64,000 nt of DNA, from contig JAQUNI010000001.1 in assembly GCA_028717685.1 (NCBI GenBank), positions 207,451-271,450 on the forward strand, written 5' to 3'. Positions 1 through 10,024 of the stretch are shown in pieces (position 1 is the first letter of the stretch; each line of letters begins with the position of its first letter). The DNA is from Patescibacteria group bacterium (GTDB lineage Bacteria; Patescibacteriota; JAQUNI01). The notes below the pieces were generated by a model. It ran no database searches and was not told where the DNA came from. It was given only the letters and a program-made list of their open reading frames with translations. Made by a program: the position numbers and the translations under genes.

Positions 1-126
1 CAAGAGAGCCATAACGAAACTATGCGCATCACCGTCTTCGTCTTCATCTTCATCTTCGTTATCATCTGTATCCTCGTCTCCCGCTTCAGGGTCGAGGTCA
101 TTATCCTCATCATCAAAGTTTACCAC
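1..126 (-). CDS. partial CDS (N-terminal ~42 codons) of an unknown, highly acidic protein; the rest lies left of the window
   Basis: GTG start preceded by a strong SD (revcomp reads AGGAGGTGAATTAAGTG); open frame to the window edge; translation VVNFDDEDNDLDPEAGDEDTDDNEDEDEDEDGD...; absent from the ORF track because it is under 60 aa in the window. Confidence 0.35.
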   Translation of the reverse strand, partial: MVNFDDEDNDLDPEAGDEDTDDNEDEDEDEDGDAHSFVMALL

Positions 127-545
127 TTAATTCACCTCCTCGTTTTTGGCAGTAAAATATTAAAGTTCAAACGTTTCTCAAGAAGACGATGCAGATGAGA
201 TTTTGAATGGGATTATTTCGGAAACGGCAGCTGTCTTAGGGTGAATAATTAATATGAATATTACCCTAGGTAATCCTGCCAAAAAATAATCCGTTCGCAC
301 TCTCTCCTCCACATCATTCTCTTGAGGATTCTTCGACGTTGGTTCAAGTCAGGAGACTTGAACCAATATTAGTAAACAAATAGCCCCGAGGTAGAAAACC
401 TAAGGGCTATTTGCCAAAATTCTGAATAAGTATTAAAAGGTTCTCTCTCCTTGTGCCCTCCGAAGCACAAAGTGCATAGGCGGGCTTTTACTTATATATA
501 TAAAATTGTAAATTAGCATTTTTCTTATTTTGTTTTAGGACTATT

Positions 546-574
546 ATCATAGCATACTTTAATATTTTTGTCAA
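546..574 (-). promoter_or_regulatory. near-consensus sigma70 promoter on the minus strand (TTGACA-17-TATGAT)
   Basis: Revcomp ttgacaaaaatattaaagtatgctatgat; points leftward across a 400-nt hairpin-rich untranslated stretch toward the partial acidic-protein CDS at 1..126. Confidence 0.45.
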
Positions 575-1273
575 GGGTTTCACCCGATTTTGGCTCAAAT
601 AAAGCTCTTTTTTCCTGATAGGGGGTTAAACCCCTCTTTGTCTCCCCTTGTCTGGGGAGATGTTTGGATTATCCATTATTCTAAGACTATCAATAATTCT
701 TTGCTTAGGCAGAGAAGCAAGAGCGGTGAAGATCAAACAGAGTTGAATAAAAATCATCTACGATCCTCGTTGGTCTTCACCGTTTGCGGATTCAGAAATC
801 TTGTCTTGGATCCCCATCCAAAGGGGAGGAATTTTCTGAACCTTCTAAATCCCACATCACAAAAATCTGAAATTTAGAAGATTGGTGAGCTGGTTTTGCC
901 TAGGTGTTTTCTAATCCCTAGAAAAGTTACTTTCCAAATCTTGTTGGAGCAAGAATTAATTTGAATGAACATATATATAAATTTTCCCTGCCCCAACTGG
1001 ACTTGAAAATAACTTTTTTGATATTTTGTTTGAAGTGGTATTATATCATAATCGCATATTTTTGTCAAGAGTATATTCTCTTTTATAACAAAAAATGGCT
1101 TAGATAAGCCGAATTTGAATCGTGAATAATGAATCAGGAATTAGGAATTAGAGAATTTTTAATTTAGATGTCTTAATTAAACCATTGATGATTTTGTGCA
1201 CTTTTATTGTTTGTTCGGCAATTTTTAAAAAGTCCTCCTTTACAATATATCGGACATCACGAGCGATAATCAA

Positions 1274-1531
1274 TTAATTCTGCAATTCAGTAACCGATCC
1301 CTGCGCTCTAGAATAAAAACAAATTTTATCTTTATAGGTCTGACGGCTGAAACCTTCGGCAATATTAGAAGTGATTGAAACTACACAACGACGCATTTGG
1401 CTCACTAAACCAAACATCTCTTCTTTGGGAAATTTTTTGGTAATTTCGTAAACCATTAAAACTAACTTGTGCCCTTCTTTCCAAGCATCTAAATCCGTGA
1501 ATGACTTAATTTTCTTTAATTCATTATTCAT
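1274..1531 (-). CDS. four-helix-bundle protein (23S rRNA intervening-sequence protein family, PF05635-like), C-terminally truncated copy (85 aa; last helix missing)
   Basis: Family motifs DLDAWKEGHKL...LVSQMRRCVVSITSNIAEGFSRQ; paralog of the intact 118-aa copy at 11162..11518; the N-terminus MNNELKKIK is encoded by the ATTC-heptad repeat arm; possible pseudogene. Confidence 0.6.
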   Translation of the reverse strand: MNNELKKIKSFTDLDAWKEGHKLVLMVYEITKKFPKEEMFGLVSQMRRCVVSITSNIAEGFSRQTYKDKICFYSRAQGSVTELQN

Positions 1532-1558
1532 AATTCATAATTCCTGATTCATGATTCC

Positions 1559-2737
1559 CTATTCTCCCCTCAACGCTTCCACGGGATCCATCCTGCTTGC
1601 CCGAAACGCAGGATAAAGACCGGACAATAGACCCACAAGCGTGGCAAAAACAATAATACTGCCTATAAGCCACCAAGGCAGAGCGAATAAATCAACTTGA
1701 GTTTGGACAATGTTTTGCGCGGCAATGTAATTATTGAGCAGAGAACTTAAAATTAAAGTAATGCCCCAGCCACAGAGCACGCCAAAAAAACCGCCGATAA
1801 AACCAATCGCGGAAGCTTCCAAACTGAAAATTTTTAAAATGTCCCGCCGCGACGCGCCGACCGCGCGCATCACCCCAATCTCACGAGTGCGCTCTAGGGT
1901 AGCCATAATCATCGTATTGATAATCCCGAGGGAAGCGACGCCCAAGATGATAATCCCCACGCTTCCGAGAGCAAGTTCTAAAATCCTGAAATATTTGGTC
2001 ACGCGGTCAACTAAATCATCTAAAGCGACTGCTTCCAGCCCCATCCCCTTAATTTCTTTGCTAATCCCCGCGACCTTTTGCACGGAATTTGCCTTCACCC
2101 GCAGACTATCATAAGTTACCATCTTTTTAATCTCGCTCGCCTGGGTCAAAGGGATAAAAACCCCATAGCCCAAGATATTCTCTCCCCGAGCCACGCCGAC
2201 AATTTTTAAAACTAAATTCTTTTGACCGAAGGTCAGATTTAAAGATTTACCTAAAAATCTCTCCGGGTAATCGCTGGAAAACTCTTTCAAAAAATTCTCT
2301 CCTATGACAGCGCTTTCCCCTGCCAAGCTTGAAGCGGGACTACCAGCGATCAATTTAAAAACATCCGTCGCCCCTGACGGCACGGCAGTAACTAAGGTCT
2401 TGCCTACGTTTTTTTCAAAACCGCTCAAGGATACCTCATCAGCCATCAAAGTAACCATCGGATCCACCCGCGCGACATCAGGCAGGCTTTCCAGCTTGCT
2501 GATTGTTTCGGAGTCCAGAAGCCGATTCCCATCCTCTTTTTGATAAACATTAATGTCCGTTAATTCTCCTGTGTCTTTCAGGCCTTTAACGACGATCTGC
2601 TGCAAACCCACGCCCAAAGAAACCATAGAGCTAATTAAAGTCGTGCCAATAAGAATCGCGAAGGTTGTTAAAACCGTGCGCAACTTGCGGCGGCGCAGAT
2701 TTTTAAAAGAAAATAATATTGCTGAAGAAAGCTTCAT
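1559..2737 (-). CDS. ABC transporter permease, FtsX/MacB-like
   Basis: N-terminal TM helix, large periplasmic loop, C-terminal FtsX-like 4-TM block; adjacent to the cognate ATPase. Confidence 0.8.
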   Translation of the reverse strand: MKLSSAILFSFKNLRRRKLRTVLTTFAILIGTTLISSMVSLGVGLQQIVVKGLKDTGELTDINVYQKEDGNRLLDSETISKLESLPDVARVDPMVTLMADEVSLSGFEKNVGKTLVTAVPSGATDVFKLIAGSPASSLAGESAVIGENFLKEFSSDYPERFLGKSLNLTFGQKNLVLKIVGVARGENILGYGVFIPLTQASEIKKMVTYDSLRVKANSVQKVAGISKEIKGMGLEAVALDDLVDRVTKYFRILELALGSVGIIILGVASLGIINTMIMATLERTREIGVMRAVGASRRDILKIFSLEASAIGFIGGFFGVLCGWGITLILSSLLNNYIAAQNIVQTQVDLFALPWWLIGSIIVFATLVGLLSGLYPAFRASRMDPVEALRGE

Positions 2738-2800
2738 AAAAATTTAAATCTTTTTAGATTTTAAATTGTAATTTTTCATTTTACACTTTGAATTTTACAT

Positions 2801-3463
2801 TTATACTATTCTCCCATCCTGCATCCTTAAAACCCGAGGCGCGATTCCCGCCGCTTCCGAATCATGGGTCACTAAAAGCACGGTGACGCCCAGGTGCTGA
2901 TTAATATAAGATAAAATCTCTAAAATCTGCTGGCTTGCCTGCGAATCCAGATTTCCTGTCGGCTCATCCGCCAAAATAATCTCTGGCCGCGTCACAAGCG
3001 CGCGCGCGATTGCTACCCGCTGGCGCTGACCTCCTGAAAGTTCACTGCCCTTATGTTCAAGCCGATCGCCTAACCCGAGCCAAGTGAGCAAGCTAGCAGC
3101 GATTTTATTTCTTTTCCTCTTGGGAACATTGGCGAATAATAAAGGCAAAGCGACATTTTCCACGGCGGTTTGCGAGGAGTCTAAATTAAACATCTGGAAG
3201 ATAAAGCCGATTTTTTGATTGCGGTAAACAGAAATAGCTTGGTCCGACAGACTAGTCAAGCAAAGCTGGTCTACAAAAATATCGCCCTGATTCGGACGAT
3301 CCAAACCGCCGATCACGTGCAAAAGAGTGGACTTTCCCGAACCTGAGGGACCCGTGATCGCCAAAAATTCACCTCGGCTGATATTCAAATTAATGCCATC
3401 CAAGGCAAAAATATTTTCTCCGCCCATCTTGTAGATTTTAGAAACATTCTGGAGGGAAATCAT
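2801..3463 (-). CDS. ABC transporter ATP-binding protein (MacB/LolD-like)
   Basis: Walker A GPSGSGKST, ABC signature LSGGQRQRVAIARAL, Walker B ILADEPTGNLD. Confidence 0.9.
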   Translation of the reverse strand: MISLQNVSKIYKMGGENIFALDGINLNISRGEFLAITGPSGSGKSTLLHVIGGLDRPNQGDIFVDQLCLTSLSDQAISVYRNQKIGFIFQMFNLDSSQTAVENVALPLLFANVPKRKRNKIAASLLTWLGLGDRLEHKGSELSGGQRQRVAIARALVTRPEIILADEPTGNLDSQASQQILEILSYINQHLGVTVLLVTHDSEAAGIAPRVLRMQDGRIV

Positions 3464-3583
3464 AACAAATTAAAAATTTAAAATGAAAAATGTAAAATTA
3501 TAACGCAAAATTTAAAATTCTTCAATTTCTTAATTTTGAATTTTGAATTGCAATTTTCAATTTTGAACTTTTAATTTTTAATT

Positions 3584-4174
3584 TTATATTCTTCCCCAAT
3601 CCAATTCCGCTGGTTTGTGGCTGCCGATTTTGTCCACTAATTTTAAATAATCACTCTTAAAAATTGTATCCACAAAACGGTCATGCATTTCCTGACGATA
3701 CAAAAATTCAGCGAGCGACACTACCGTATAATTTAACTCCTCGCCTAATCCCTCTTCTAATTTCCTCACGATACGCACGAGCGCTTTTTTATTGATCCTG
3801 CCCACAACAAACAAATCCACCGGCGAATCATCTAAACCGATGAATTTACCCGAGAGACAGGCAAACTTGATCCCCGCCAACTGCTCAATGTCCCGAGCCA
3901 ATTTACTCCCCTCCAATCCCGCCTTGAAAATCAGACGCTTTAATTCCGGATACAGTTTGAACTGATCGTTCGGGTAATAATACTTCTTGCCGTCTTCAAG
4001 ACGGCTCGTAAGAAGCCCTAATGTTTCCAGATTCGCCAGCTCAATCCGCACTGAGTTAATCTTTTCATCTAAACGGCGGGTTAATTCCCGCACATAATAA
4101 GATTGGGGCTTACCCGCCAGAAAAAGCGCCAACAGCTTCACCCTTACCTTGGAAGAAAATAATTGTTCCAGCAT
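3584..4174 (-). CDS. putative winged-helix (ArsR-like) transcriptional regulator with a C-terminal nucleotidyltransferase-like region
   Basis: N-terminal HTH-like segment KVRVKLLALFLAGKPQSYYVRELTRRL; C-terminal 'DLFVVG' nucleotidyltransferase-like motif; pattern recognition only. Confidence 0.4.
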   Translation of the reverse strand: MLEQLFSSKVRVKLLALFLAGKPQSYYVRELTRRLDEKINSVRIELANLETLGLLTSRLEDGKKYYYPNDQFKLYPELKRLIFKAGLEGSKLARDIEQLAGIKFACLSGKFIGLDDSPVDLFVVGRINKKALVRIVRKLEEGLGEELNYTVVSLAEFLYRQEMHDRFVDTIFKSDYLKLVDKIGSHKPAELDWGRI

Positions 4175-4478
4175 AGAGTTGCTTTGAACAAGTTAGTTGT
4201 TCATTTTTAATATAGCATAACAAAAATCAGAATGCAAAGCCGCCAATTCAAATTTGATATAGTTAGTCTAACCTGACATTAAATATAATAACCAACGGTT
4301 AAAGTTTTTGTAACTTGTAACCTATAACATATAACTCAAGGTCTTGTGTTACATGTCTGCCGCCAGGCAGGCAAGTTTCAAGTTATAAATTACAAAAATT
4401 AGAAATTTTCAATCCCTATCTCTTTGCATTTTTATCTCATAAATATTATAATATAAGTAAATACTTTGTGTATATCTT

Positions 4479-6788
4479 ATGTTCCAACGCTCAAGGTTAG
4501 AAATTCAAAACACCAAACTGCTAATTTCTAATCCTAAGGTGCGCGAAGGCTTGTGTAATGTTTTTATTTTTGAACCTGAAAGAGGGAAAGAAAACTTAGG
4601 AGAGCTTCTTATTCTTGTCAAAATTGAGGAAGACAACAGAGATAATCGGGAGATCGCCCAAGGAATCGTGGAAATTGTAAAAAATGAATTTTACCGCGAC
4701 GCGGAAAAAAATCCCGAAGAAAATTTAGAAGCTAGTTTGGTGAAAATTAATGAGATTCTGAAAGAGTTAGCCTCTTTAGGCAAAGTGGCTTGGGTGGGCA
4801 AGTTGGACGCAATCATCGCTTGTCTCCAAAACAAAAAGCTAATTTTAACCCAAACAGGAAAAGCCTTGTCTCTTTTGGTCCGCGATGGCGAGGCTAGTTT
4901 TATTACGGAAGGACGAGAAGAGGAAAAAGAAGGTCAACCCCTTAAAACTTTCAAGGGTTTAACCTTCGGTCTTTTGGAATCTAATGATCACCTTATTCTT
5001 TCCACTGCCACTTTATTTGATTTCTTCTCTCCGGCAAAACTCATCCAAATCCTCTGCCGCGGCACCTTAAAAGAAGCAAAAAATTATCTGGAAGAATTGC
5101 TCAAGGAGCAGATTGAGACGGAAATGGTGGGGACAATCCTTGTCTCCCTAAAACGAATCCAGTCTAAAAAATCTTTCAAACAAGAAGAAGGACAATTATC
5201 CGCTTTAGAAAAAATCGGCAGGCTTGAGGATTTCCCTGAAGCAGTGGAGATGGCAACAGAGGAAGCGGAAACTCAAACTGATTTCCTGCAAGCGGTGGAT
5301 AAAAGGCTGGAAGCAAAAAGAAGGGGTAAGTTTCCTTTTTCCCTCTTTCACACTCTCAAAAGCTCCCTCTTGATTTTAAAACAAGGAAGGCGATCTTTCT
5401 TTAAATATGCCATTAAAATACTCCAATCTCTATGGCGGTTCATCCTTTTTCCTCTCCTTCTTCTCCTTAAGAAAATATTTTCACTGTTTCCCGTCCTTTG
5501 GAAAAAACTCCTGCCCCTCTTCAGGAAAGTAAAGGGTTTCTTGGCGCGCAAAAAGATAAAAACTCCAAGCGTCACCCCCATTCAAACTAATCAGGGAATA
5601 ACCACCAAATTATCCTTTGTAAAATACATTCCGGGATTGATCAAACCGATTTCTCTCCGCCTGCAAGCTGTTCCTCTGCGAAGCAAAATAATTCTTTCCA
5701 GCCTGATCGTCGCGCTATTATTCCTTGCTTCCGGCATCATCTTCCTTAAAAAATATCATTCCCCAAAGCCCCAAGCCGCGCAAGGCGAGGAAACAATTCT
5801 CCAAGAGGCCGAGGGCAAAAGAAAAGCGGCGTTAGACGCGATGGTTTACAAAGACGAAAAGCAAGCAAGGGAACTTCTAGAAGAAGCGGACAGCCTTACG
5901 GGTCAAATTTTGGGTTCGTCCACGCATCGCGAAGAGGCAGAGAGTTTAAAAAACGCAATTGTAGAGCAATTTGACAAGATGGATAATATCACCCGCATCA
6001 CAGAACCAGCGCTTATATTTAATGTTGACCAAATTAACTCTGATTTCAATCCATTAGACTTAATTGGCTTGGAGAACGGTCTCTACGCTCTCTGCAACCC
6101 TAACAATATCATCCTCCGCCTTGACCCGCAAAAGAAAGAAGCAGTCCAACTCTCGCCCAGTTTTAATGATATAGGCTACCTCGTCCGCGCTTCCCAGATT
6201 GATCAAGGAAAAAATATCCTCTTTGTCAACGCCGATAACAAATTTTCCCTTTTTGATTTTAATTCCTTTAAAATTGAACCAATCAGCGCAGAATCCCCCT
6301 TAGAGCCCAACAATATTCAGGATTTAGCTGAATATTCCAACAAAATCTATACCCTCAATCCTAGTGAAAACCAAATCGTGAAATACACGCGCACGATTGG
6401 GGGCTTATCCAAAGGAAGCTTATGGCTTTCTGAAGGCGATATTAAAAATGGCGCTTCTTTAGCAATTGACGGCGATGCCTATGTCTTGACCCTTAATGGT
6501 GAAATCTTGAAATTTCGCGCGGGAAAACAAGTGAATTTCAATAAAGCCGCAATCCAGCCCGCTCTGGAAAAACCCACGAAAATTTTCACGCGATTAAATG
6601 ACAAAAATCTCTATCTTGTTGACCCCCCCACGCGGCGCATTATTGTTTTGGGAAAAAACACGAGCGAAGTGCTCCGCCAATTTACCTCGGACAAGTTTAA
6701 CGACCTTAAAGATATTTGGGTAGCACCGGATGAAAAAATAATTTATGTTCTGGCGGGCAAAAGCGTCTATCAGATAGAAAACAGGTGA
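4479..6788 (+). CDS. hypothetical large membrane protein (769 aa)
   Basis: Long ORF; internal hydrophobic segments (LFPLLLLLKKIFSLFPVLW; ILSSLIVALLFLASGIIFL); C-terminal repeat-like beta-rich region; no recognisable catalytic motif. Confidence 0.5.
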   Translation: MFQRSRLEIQNTKLLISNPKVREGLCNVFIFEPERGKENLGELLILVKIEEDNRDNREIAQGIVEIVKNEFYRDAEKNPEENLEASLVKINEILKELASLGKVAWVGKLDAIIACLQNKKLILTQTGKALSLLVRDGEASFITEGREEEKEGQPLKTFKGLTFGLLESNDHLILSTATLFDFFSPAKLIQILCRGTLKEAKNYLEELLKEQIETEMVGTILVSLKRIQSKKSFKQEEGQLSALEKIGRLEDFPEAVEMATEEAETQTDFLQAVDKRLEAKRRGKFPFSLFHTLKSSLLILKQGRRSFFKYAIKILQSLWRFILFPLLLLLKKIFSLFPVLWKKLLPLFRKVKGFLARKKIKTPSVTPIQTNQGITTKLSFVKYIPGLIKPISLRLQAVPLRSKIILSSLIVALLFLASGIIFLKKYHSPKPQAAQGEETILQEAEGKRKAALDAMVYKDEKQARELLEEADSLTGQILGSSTHREEAESLKNAIVEQFDKMDNITRITEPALIFNVDQINSDFNPLDLIGLENGLYALCNPNNIILRLDPQKKEAVQLSPSFNDIGYLVRASQIDQGKNILFVNADNKFSLFDFNSFKIEPISAESPLEPNNIQDLAEYSNKIYTLNPSENQIVKYTRTIGGLSKGSLWLSEGDIKNGASLAIDGDAYVLTLNGEILKFRAGKQVNFNKAAIQPALEKPTKIFTRLNDKNLYLVDPPTRRIIVLGKNTSEVLRQFTSDKFNDLKDIWVAPDEKIIYVLAGKSVYQIENR

Positions 6789-6944
6789 ATTTTTAATTTT
6801 TATTCCTTATTTTTTAACTAATTTTTATTGAATTATTGTTTTATTTGTGATGTCAATAAAAATTTCTGCCCAAGGCGGATCAGCCTAGGGCTGAAAGAAA
6901 CAAAAATTCGTTAAAAATTAAAAATCAAAAAATAAAAATTATAA

Positions 6945-6968
6945 AAACAGCCTCTTAACGCTGTTTTT
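6945..6968. terminator. bidirectional intrinsic terminator between the 4479..6788 gene and the convergent sortase gene
   Basis: Hairpin AACAGC-CTCTTAAC-GCTGTT flanked by A-run and T-run. Confidence 0.55.
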
Positions 6969-6981
6969 GTTTAGTTTAGTT

Positions 6982-7593
6982 TTATTCCACCAACCTTCCT
7001 TTAACAACAAGTCTCTTAAGTGGCGTTCCAACCGGCCAACAAGTCATTAGGGAAATGGTGGGCTCGGGAGTGGATGCTAACACCTGCACTTCATTTTCGG
7101 AAACAATTATTTTATCAATGACTCTATATAAATATTCTTTACCTTGATAATATACTTTGATTTCGTCATTTATTTCTAATTTACCCAAGAGAGCGAAAAT
7201 ATCTTTATAATCTCCTTTGCGCCAAATATAATCTGATGAATGGCCAAGGATAAAATAATTCCCTACCTCCCCTGAATTTGCCGTCCCGGGATAATGGACG
7301 ACGCCGTTCTCCAGACCCTTTTGAATCGTGCTCTCTTGGCTATTTTCCACCTCAACGACTGGCACATTCACATTAATCTTAGGGATGATGAGCCGAGTTT
7401 CCGCTGGAATCCCCTCCTCGCGAGAGGGCTTCTCTAAAATAGTCCGGATTACTTCCGCCTTGGGATATTTAGAATAAAAATAATATTCCGCCTGCTTCAT
7501 CAAAGCCTGATAATTGATCACTCCAAAAACTACGGCTAAAAACAAAACCGCGTAGATTATTCTTTTAATTAAACGGAGGGGGTGAAAAAACAT
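6982..7593 (-). CDS. sortase family transpeptidase
   Basis: N-terminal TM anchor; catalytic His motif ILGHS; active-site Cys in LMTCWP (TLxTC-like). Confidence 0.75.
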   Translation of the reverse strand: MFFHPLRLIKRIIYAVLFLAVVFGVINYQALMKQAEYYFYSKYPKAEVIRTILEKPSREEGIPAETRLIIPKINVNVPVVEVENSQESTIQKGLENGVVHYPGTANSGEVGNYFILGHSSDYIWRKGDYKDIFALLGKLEINDEIKVYYQGKEYLYRVIDKIIVSENEVQVLASTPEPTISLMTCWPVGTPLKRLVVKGRLVE

Positions 7594-7633
7594 AGAAAAT
7601 AATTAACTATTCTAATTATACCAAACTTAGAAT

Positions 7634-7666
7634 AAAAAATCACCTCATACTCTGGAGGTGATTTTT
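7634..7666. terminator. bidirectional intrinsic terminator downstream of rplL
   Basis: Hairpin ATCACCTC-ATACTCTG-GAGGTGAT flanked by AAAAA and TTTTT. Confidence 0.6.
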
Positions 7667-7676
7667 AAATCTCTAT

Positions 7677-8114
7677 TTATTTCAATGTTACCGTCGCTCC
7701 CGCCTCTTCTAGTTTCTTCTTAAGCTCTTCGGCTTCAGCCTTACCCATCTTGGCTTTAATCACTTTAGGGGAGCTATCCACAATATCCTTCGCTTCTTTT
7801 AGTCCCTGCCCGGTGATTTCGCGGACGAGTTTGATCACCGCGATTTTGGCATCGCCAGGGGCGGTCAGTTCCACATCCCACTCTGTCTTTTCTTCAGCAA
7901 CGCCCGCGGCCTCACCGCCCCCAGCAGGGGCGCCAGCGGCAGACATAGCCATAGGGGCGCTCGCAGAAACGCCAAATTTTTCTTCGAAAACCCTAACCAA
8001 CTCCGATAGGTCCAATACGGTCATCTTTCCTATTTCTTCCACAATTTTTTTGAACTTCTCTGGAACTTTAACCTTTTTTTCTTCCTTGATTTCTTCTTTT
8101 GTTTCCTCGGCCAT
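7677..8114 (-). CDS. rplL: 50S ribosomal protein L7/L12
   Basis: Typical NTD, Ala/Gly-rich hinge, and CTD ...[39 protein letters not shown]. Confidence 0.95.
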   Translation of the reverse strand: MAEETKEEIKEEKKVKVPEKFKKIVEEIGKMTVLDLSELVRVFEEKFGVSASAPMAMSAAGAPAGGGEAAGVAEEKTEWDVELTAPGDAKIAVIKLVREITGQGLKEAKDIVDSSPKVIKAKMGKAEAEELKKKLEEAGATVTLK

Positions 8115-8164
8115 AAATTTTGTATAAAAGGGAGAATACGAATTATCAAAATCTTGATGAATTA

Positions 8165-8698
8165 TTATTCTGCGCCTTTTTCGCTAATATTTTTTAAAAT
8201 ATAAATTAAATTACGCAAGTTGCCCGCCAAAACATTAACAAAACCAGAAACCGGAGCGGCGATCGCGCCAACAACCCTGGCACGCATCTCATCGCGACCC
8301 GGAAGTCCAGCTAAACTTAAAATTTCTGTGTCCGCCAGGAAACGTTTATCTAAAATACCGCCTAAAATTTTCAAATCCTTATGCGCTTTTTTAAAATTAA
8401 CTAAAACGCGGGCAGGCGCGATCTCATCTTCTAAACCAAATGCCAGAGAAAGCGGCCCCTCTACCTTCACTTCTTCCTTTAAAACCTTCAGGTTTTTGTC
8501 CTGTCCAATGGCGATTCCGAAAAGCTTTTTTTTCATAACTTTCAGAACAGCATTCTCTTTTTTTAGACAACGGCGCAGATCTTGGATTTCAGAAACTTTA
8601 AGGTTTGTAAAGTCCGCAAAAACAACGGTTTTCATTTTGCCGAAAATATCGCGTAACCATTCTACTTCTTTTTCCTTTTGTTTTCTGGTTTTGGCCAT
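8165..8698 (-). CDS. rplJ: 50S ribosomal protein L10
   Basis: Directly upstream of rplL in the conserved order; L10-like sequence with the C-terminal L12-binding helix. Confidence 0.9.
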   Translation of the reverse strand: MAKTRKQKEKEVEWLRDIFGKMKTVVFADFTNLKVSEIQDLRRCLKKENAVLKVMKKKLFGIAIGQDKNLKVLKEEVKVEGPLSLAFGLEDEIAPARVLVNFKKAHKDLKILGGILDKRFLADTEILSLAGLPGRDEMRARVVGAIAAPVSGFVNVLAGNLRNLIYILKNISEKGAE

Positions 8699-8702
8699 GG
8701 AT

Positions 8703-8950
8703 TTGGAATTATGAATTAGGAATAGTGAATCAGGAATAACGAATTAGGAAGAATAAAATAAAGCCTTTTCCCAAGGCTTTATTCAAATATAAAAAAGTGG
8801 ATTCTTGCCTACACGAGATTTACCAAGCGGCTCACACCGCCCTACTCGTGGTCTTGGGAAGCATATGTATTATACACTGGCAGAATAAACTGTCAACCTT
8901 AAGGGGATTAGGAATTATGAATATTTTTATATTCCTGATTCATGATTCCT
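8703..8950. repeat. heptad-repeat palindromic element (GAATNAG arms, ~150 nt GC-richer core), empty copy between mltG and rplJ
   Basis: Left arm gaattatgaattaggaatagtgaatcaggaataacgaattagg; right arm ggaattatgaat...attcctgattcatgattcctgattcatt; core includes hairpin aaagcctt/aaggcttt. Confidence 0.7.
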
Positions 8951-8957
8951 GATTCAT

Positions 8958-9971
8958 TTACGGAAGATATTTTTGCTTATTTAAATTGTGCTCCTGCAAG
9001 TTTTTGGAAAAAACAACGGGTTGTCCTTCCGGATGCAGAAAATACAAATAGTCCGTCTCTTCGGGGTAAATCGCCGCTCTTATCGCGGCTAAACCTGGGT
9101 TGCAGATCGGACCTGGCGGCAATCCCTTGTAACGATAAGTATTGTAGCGCGAATCCATTTGAACATCCTCTAAAGTAGGCTGGCGCGATTTTTTACCGGT
9201 CACGTAATTCACCGTGGCGTCGGATTCCAAAGAACGGTCCAATTCAAGGCGGTTATAAAATACCCCCGCGATCTTCGGCATTTCCTCTTCGTTAGCCGAT
9301 TCTTTTTCCACAATGCTCGCCATAATTAAAATATCATATAAACTCTTTCCCTGCCTCTCTATCTCCACCAAAAGATCAGACCCAACTTTCTTTTGAAAAT
9401 TTGCCAACATCTTTTTCAAAAGATCTACCGCGGCTTGATCCTTGTAAACCCGATAAGTATCGGGAAACAAAAAACCTTCCAGGGAAGATTCCGGAGGTGC
9501 CTCAAAACGATCAGCGAAGATGCTGTCTTTAAAACCGCGGGTTGCGACAATGAAATCGTCTCGCTCAATAAGCTTTAACCCCGCTAAATACTGGTCAATA
9601 TCCTGCCGATCCCAACCTTCAATAATTGTAATATCTATCTCCTTGGGCTCTGGTTTGCCAGTCAAAACGCGGACAGTTTCGGGGATATTAATCTTGGGTG
9701 GCAATTTGAACTCACCCGCCTTAAAATCTTTCTCTCTCTTCTCTGTCCAGACATAGACTTCAAAATACCAAGCATCGCGAATAAAACCTTCCTTTTGCAA
9801 ATTGCCGGCAATCTCTTTTACTCCCTGACCTTCCGCAATCGCAAATTGCCGCGTCCCCTCGCTCTCGTTAAAAGATCTGTGGATCTGCCATTCAATGTAA
9901 AGTAAACCCGACAGCGCGGCGAATAAAAATAGAATTGTAAAAAAAATAACGGAACGAAATATTGTCTTCAT
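8958..9971 (-). CDS. mltG: endolytic murein transglycosylase MltG (YceG-like)
   Basis: N-terminal TM; YceG signature ...YNTYRYKGLPPGPICNPGLAAIRAA... Confidence 0.85.
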   Translation of the reverse strand: MKTIFRSVIFFTILFLFAALSGLLYIEWQIHRSFNESEGTRQFAIAEGQGVKEIAGNLQKEGFIRDAWYFEVYVWTEKREKDFKAGEFKLPPKINIPETVRVLTGKPEPKEIDITIIEGWDRQDIDQYLAGLKLIERDDFIVATRGFKDSIFADRFEAPPESSLEGFLFPDTYRVYKDQAAVDLLKKMLANFQKKVGSDLLVEIERQGKSLYDILIMASIVEKESANEEEMPKIAGVFYNRLELDRSLESDATVNYVTGKKSRQPTLEDVQMDSRYNTYRYKGLPPGPICNPGLAAIRAAIYPEETDYLYFLHPEGQPVVFSKNLQEHNLNKQKYLP

Positions 9972-10024
9972 ATATTGGAATCAGGAATAATGAATTAGGA
10001 ATCAGGAATAGAAAATATTCATAA

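Noticed and set aside
590-1068. ORFs 590..877 (+) and 874..1068 (-)
   Set aside because: Short, no RBS, low-complexity translation, sit in AT-rich repeat-laden DNA; treated as non-coding.
1734-2747. Antisense ORFs inside the FtsX permease gene (1734..2114, 2304..2543, 2553..2747)
   Set aside because: Antisense to a well-supported gene with Pro/Ser/Arg-rich translations typical of GC-skewed antisense frames.
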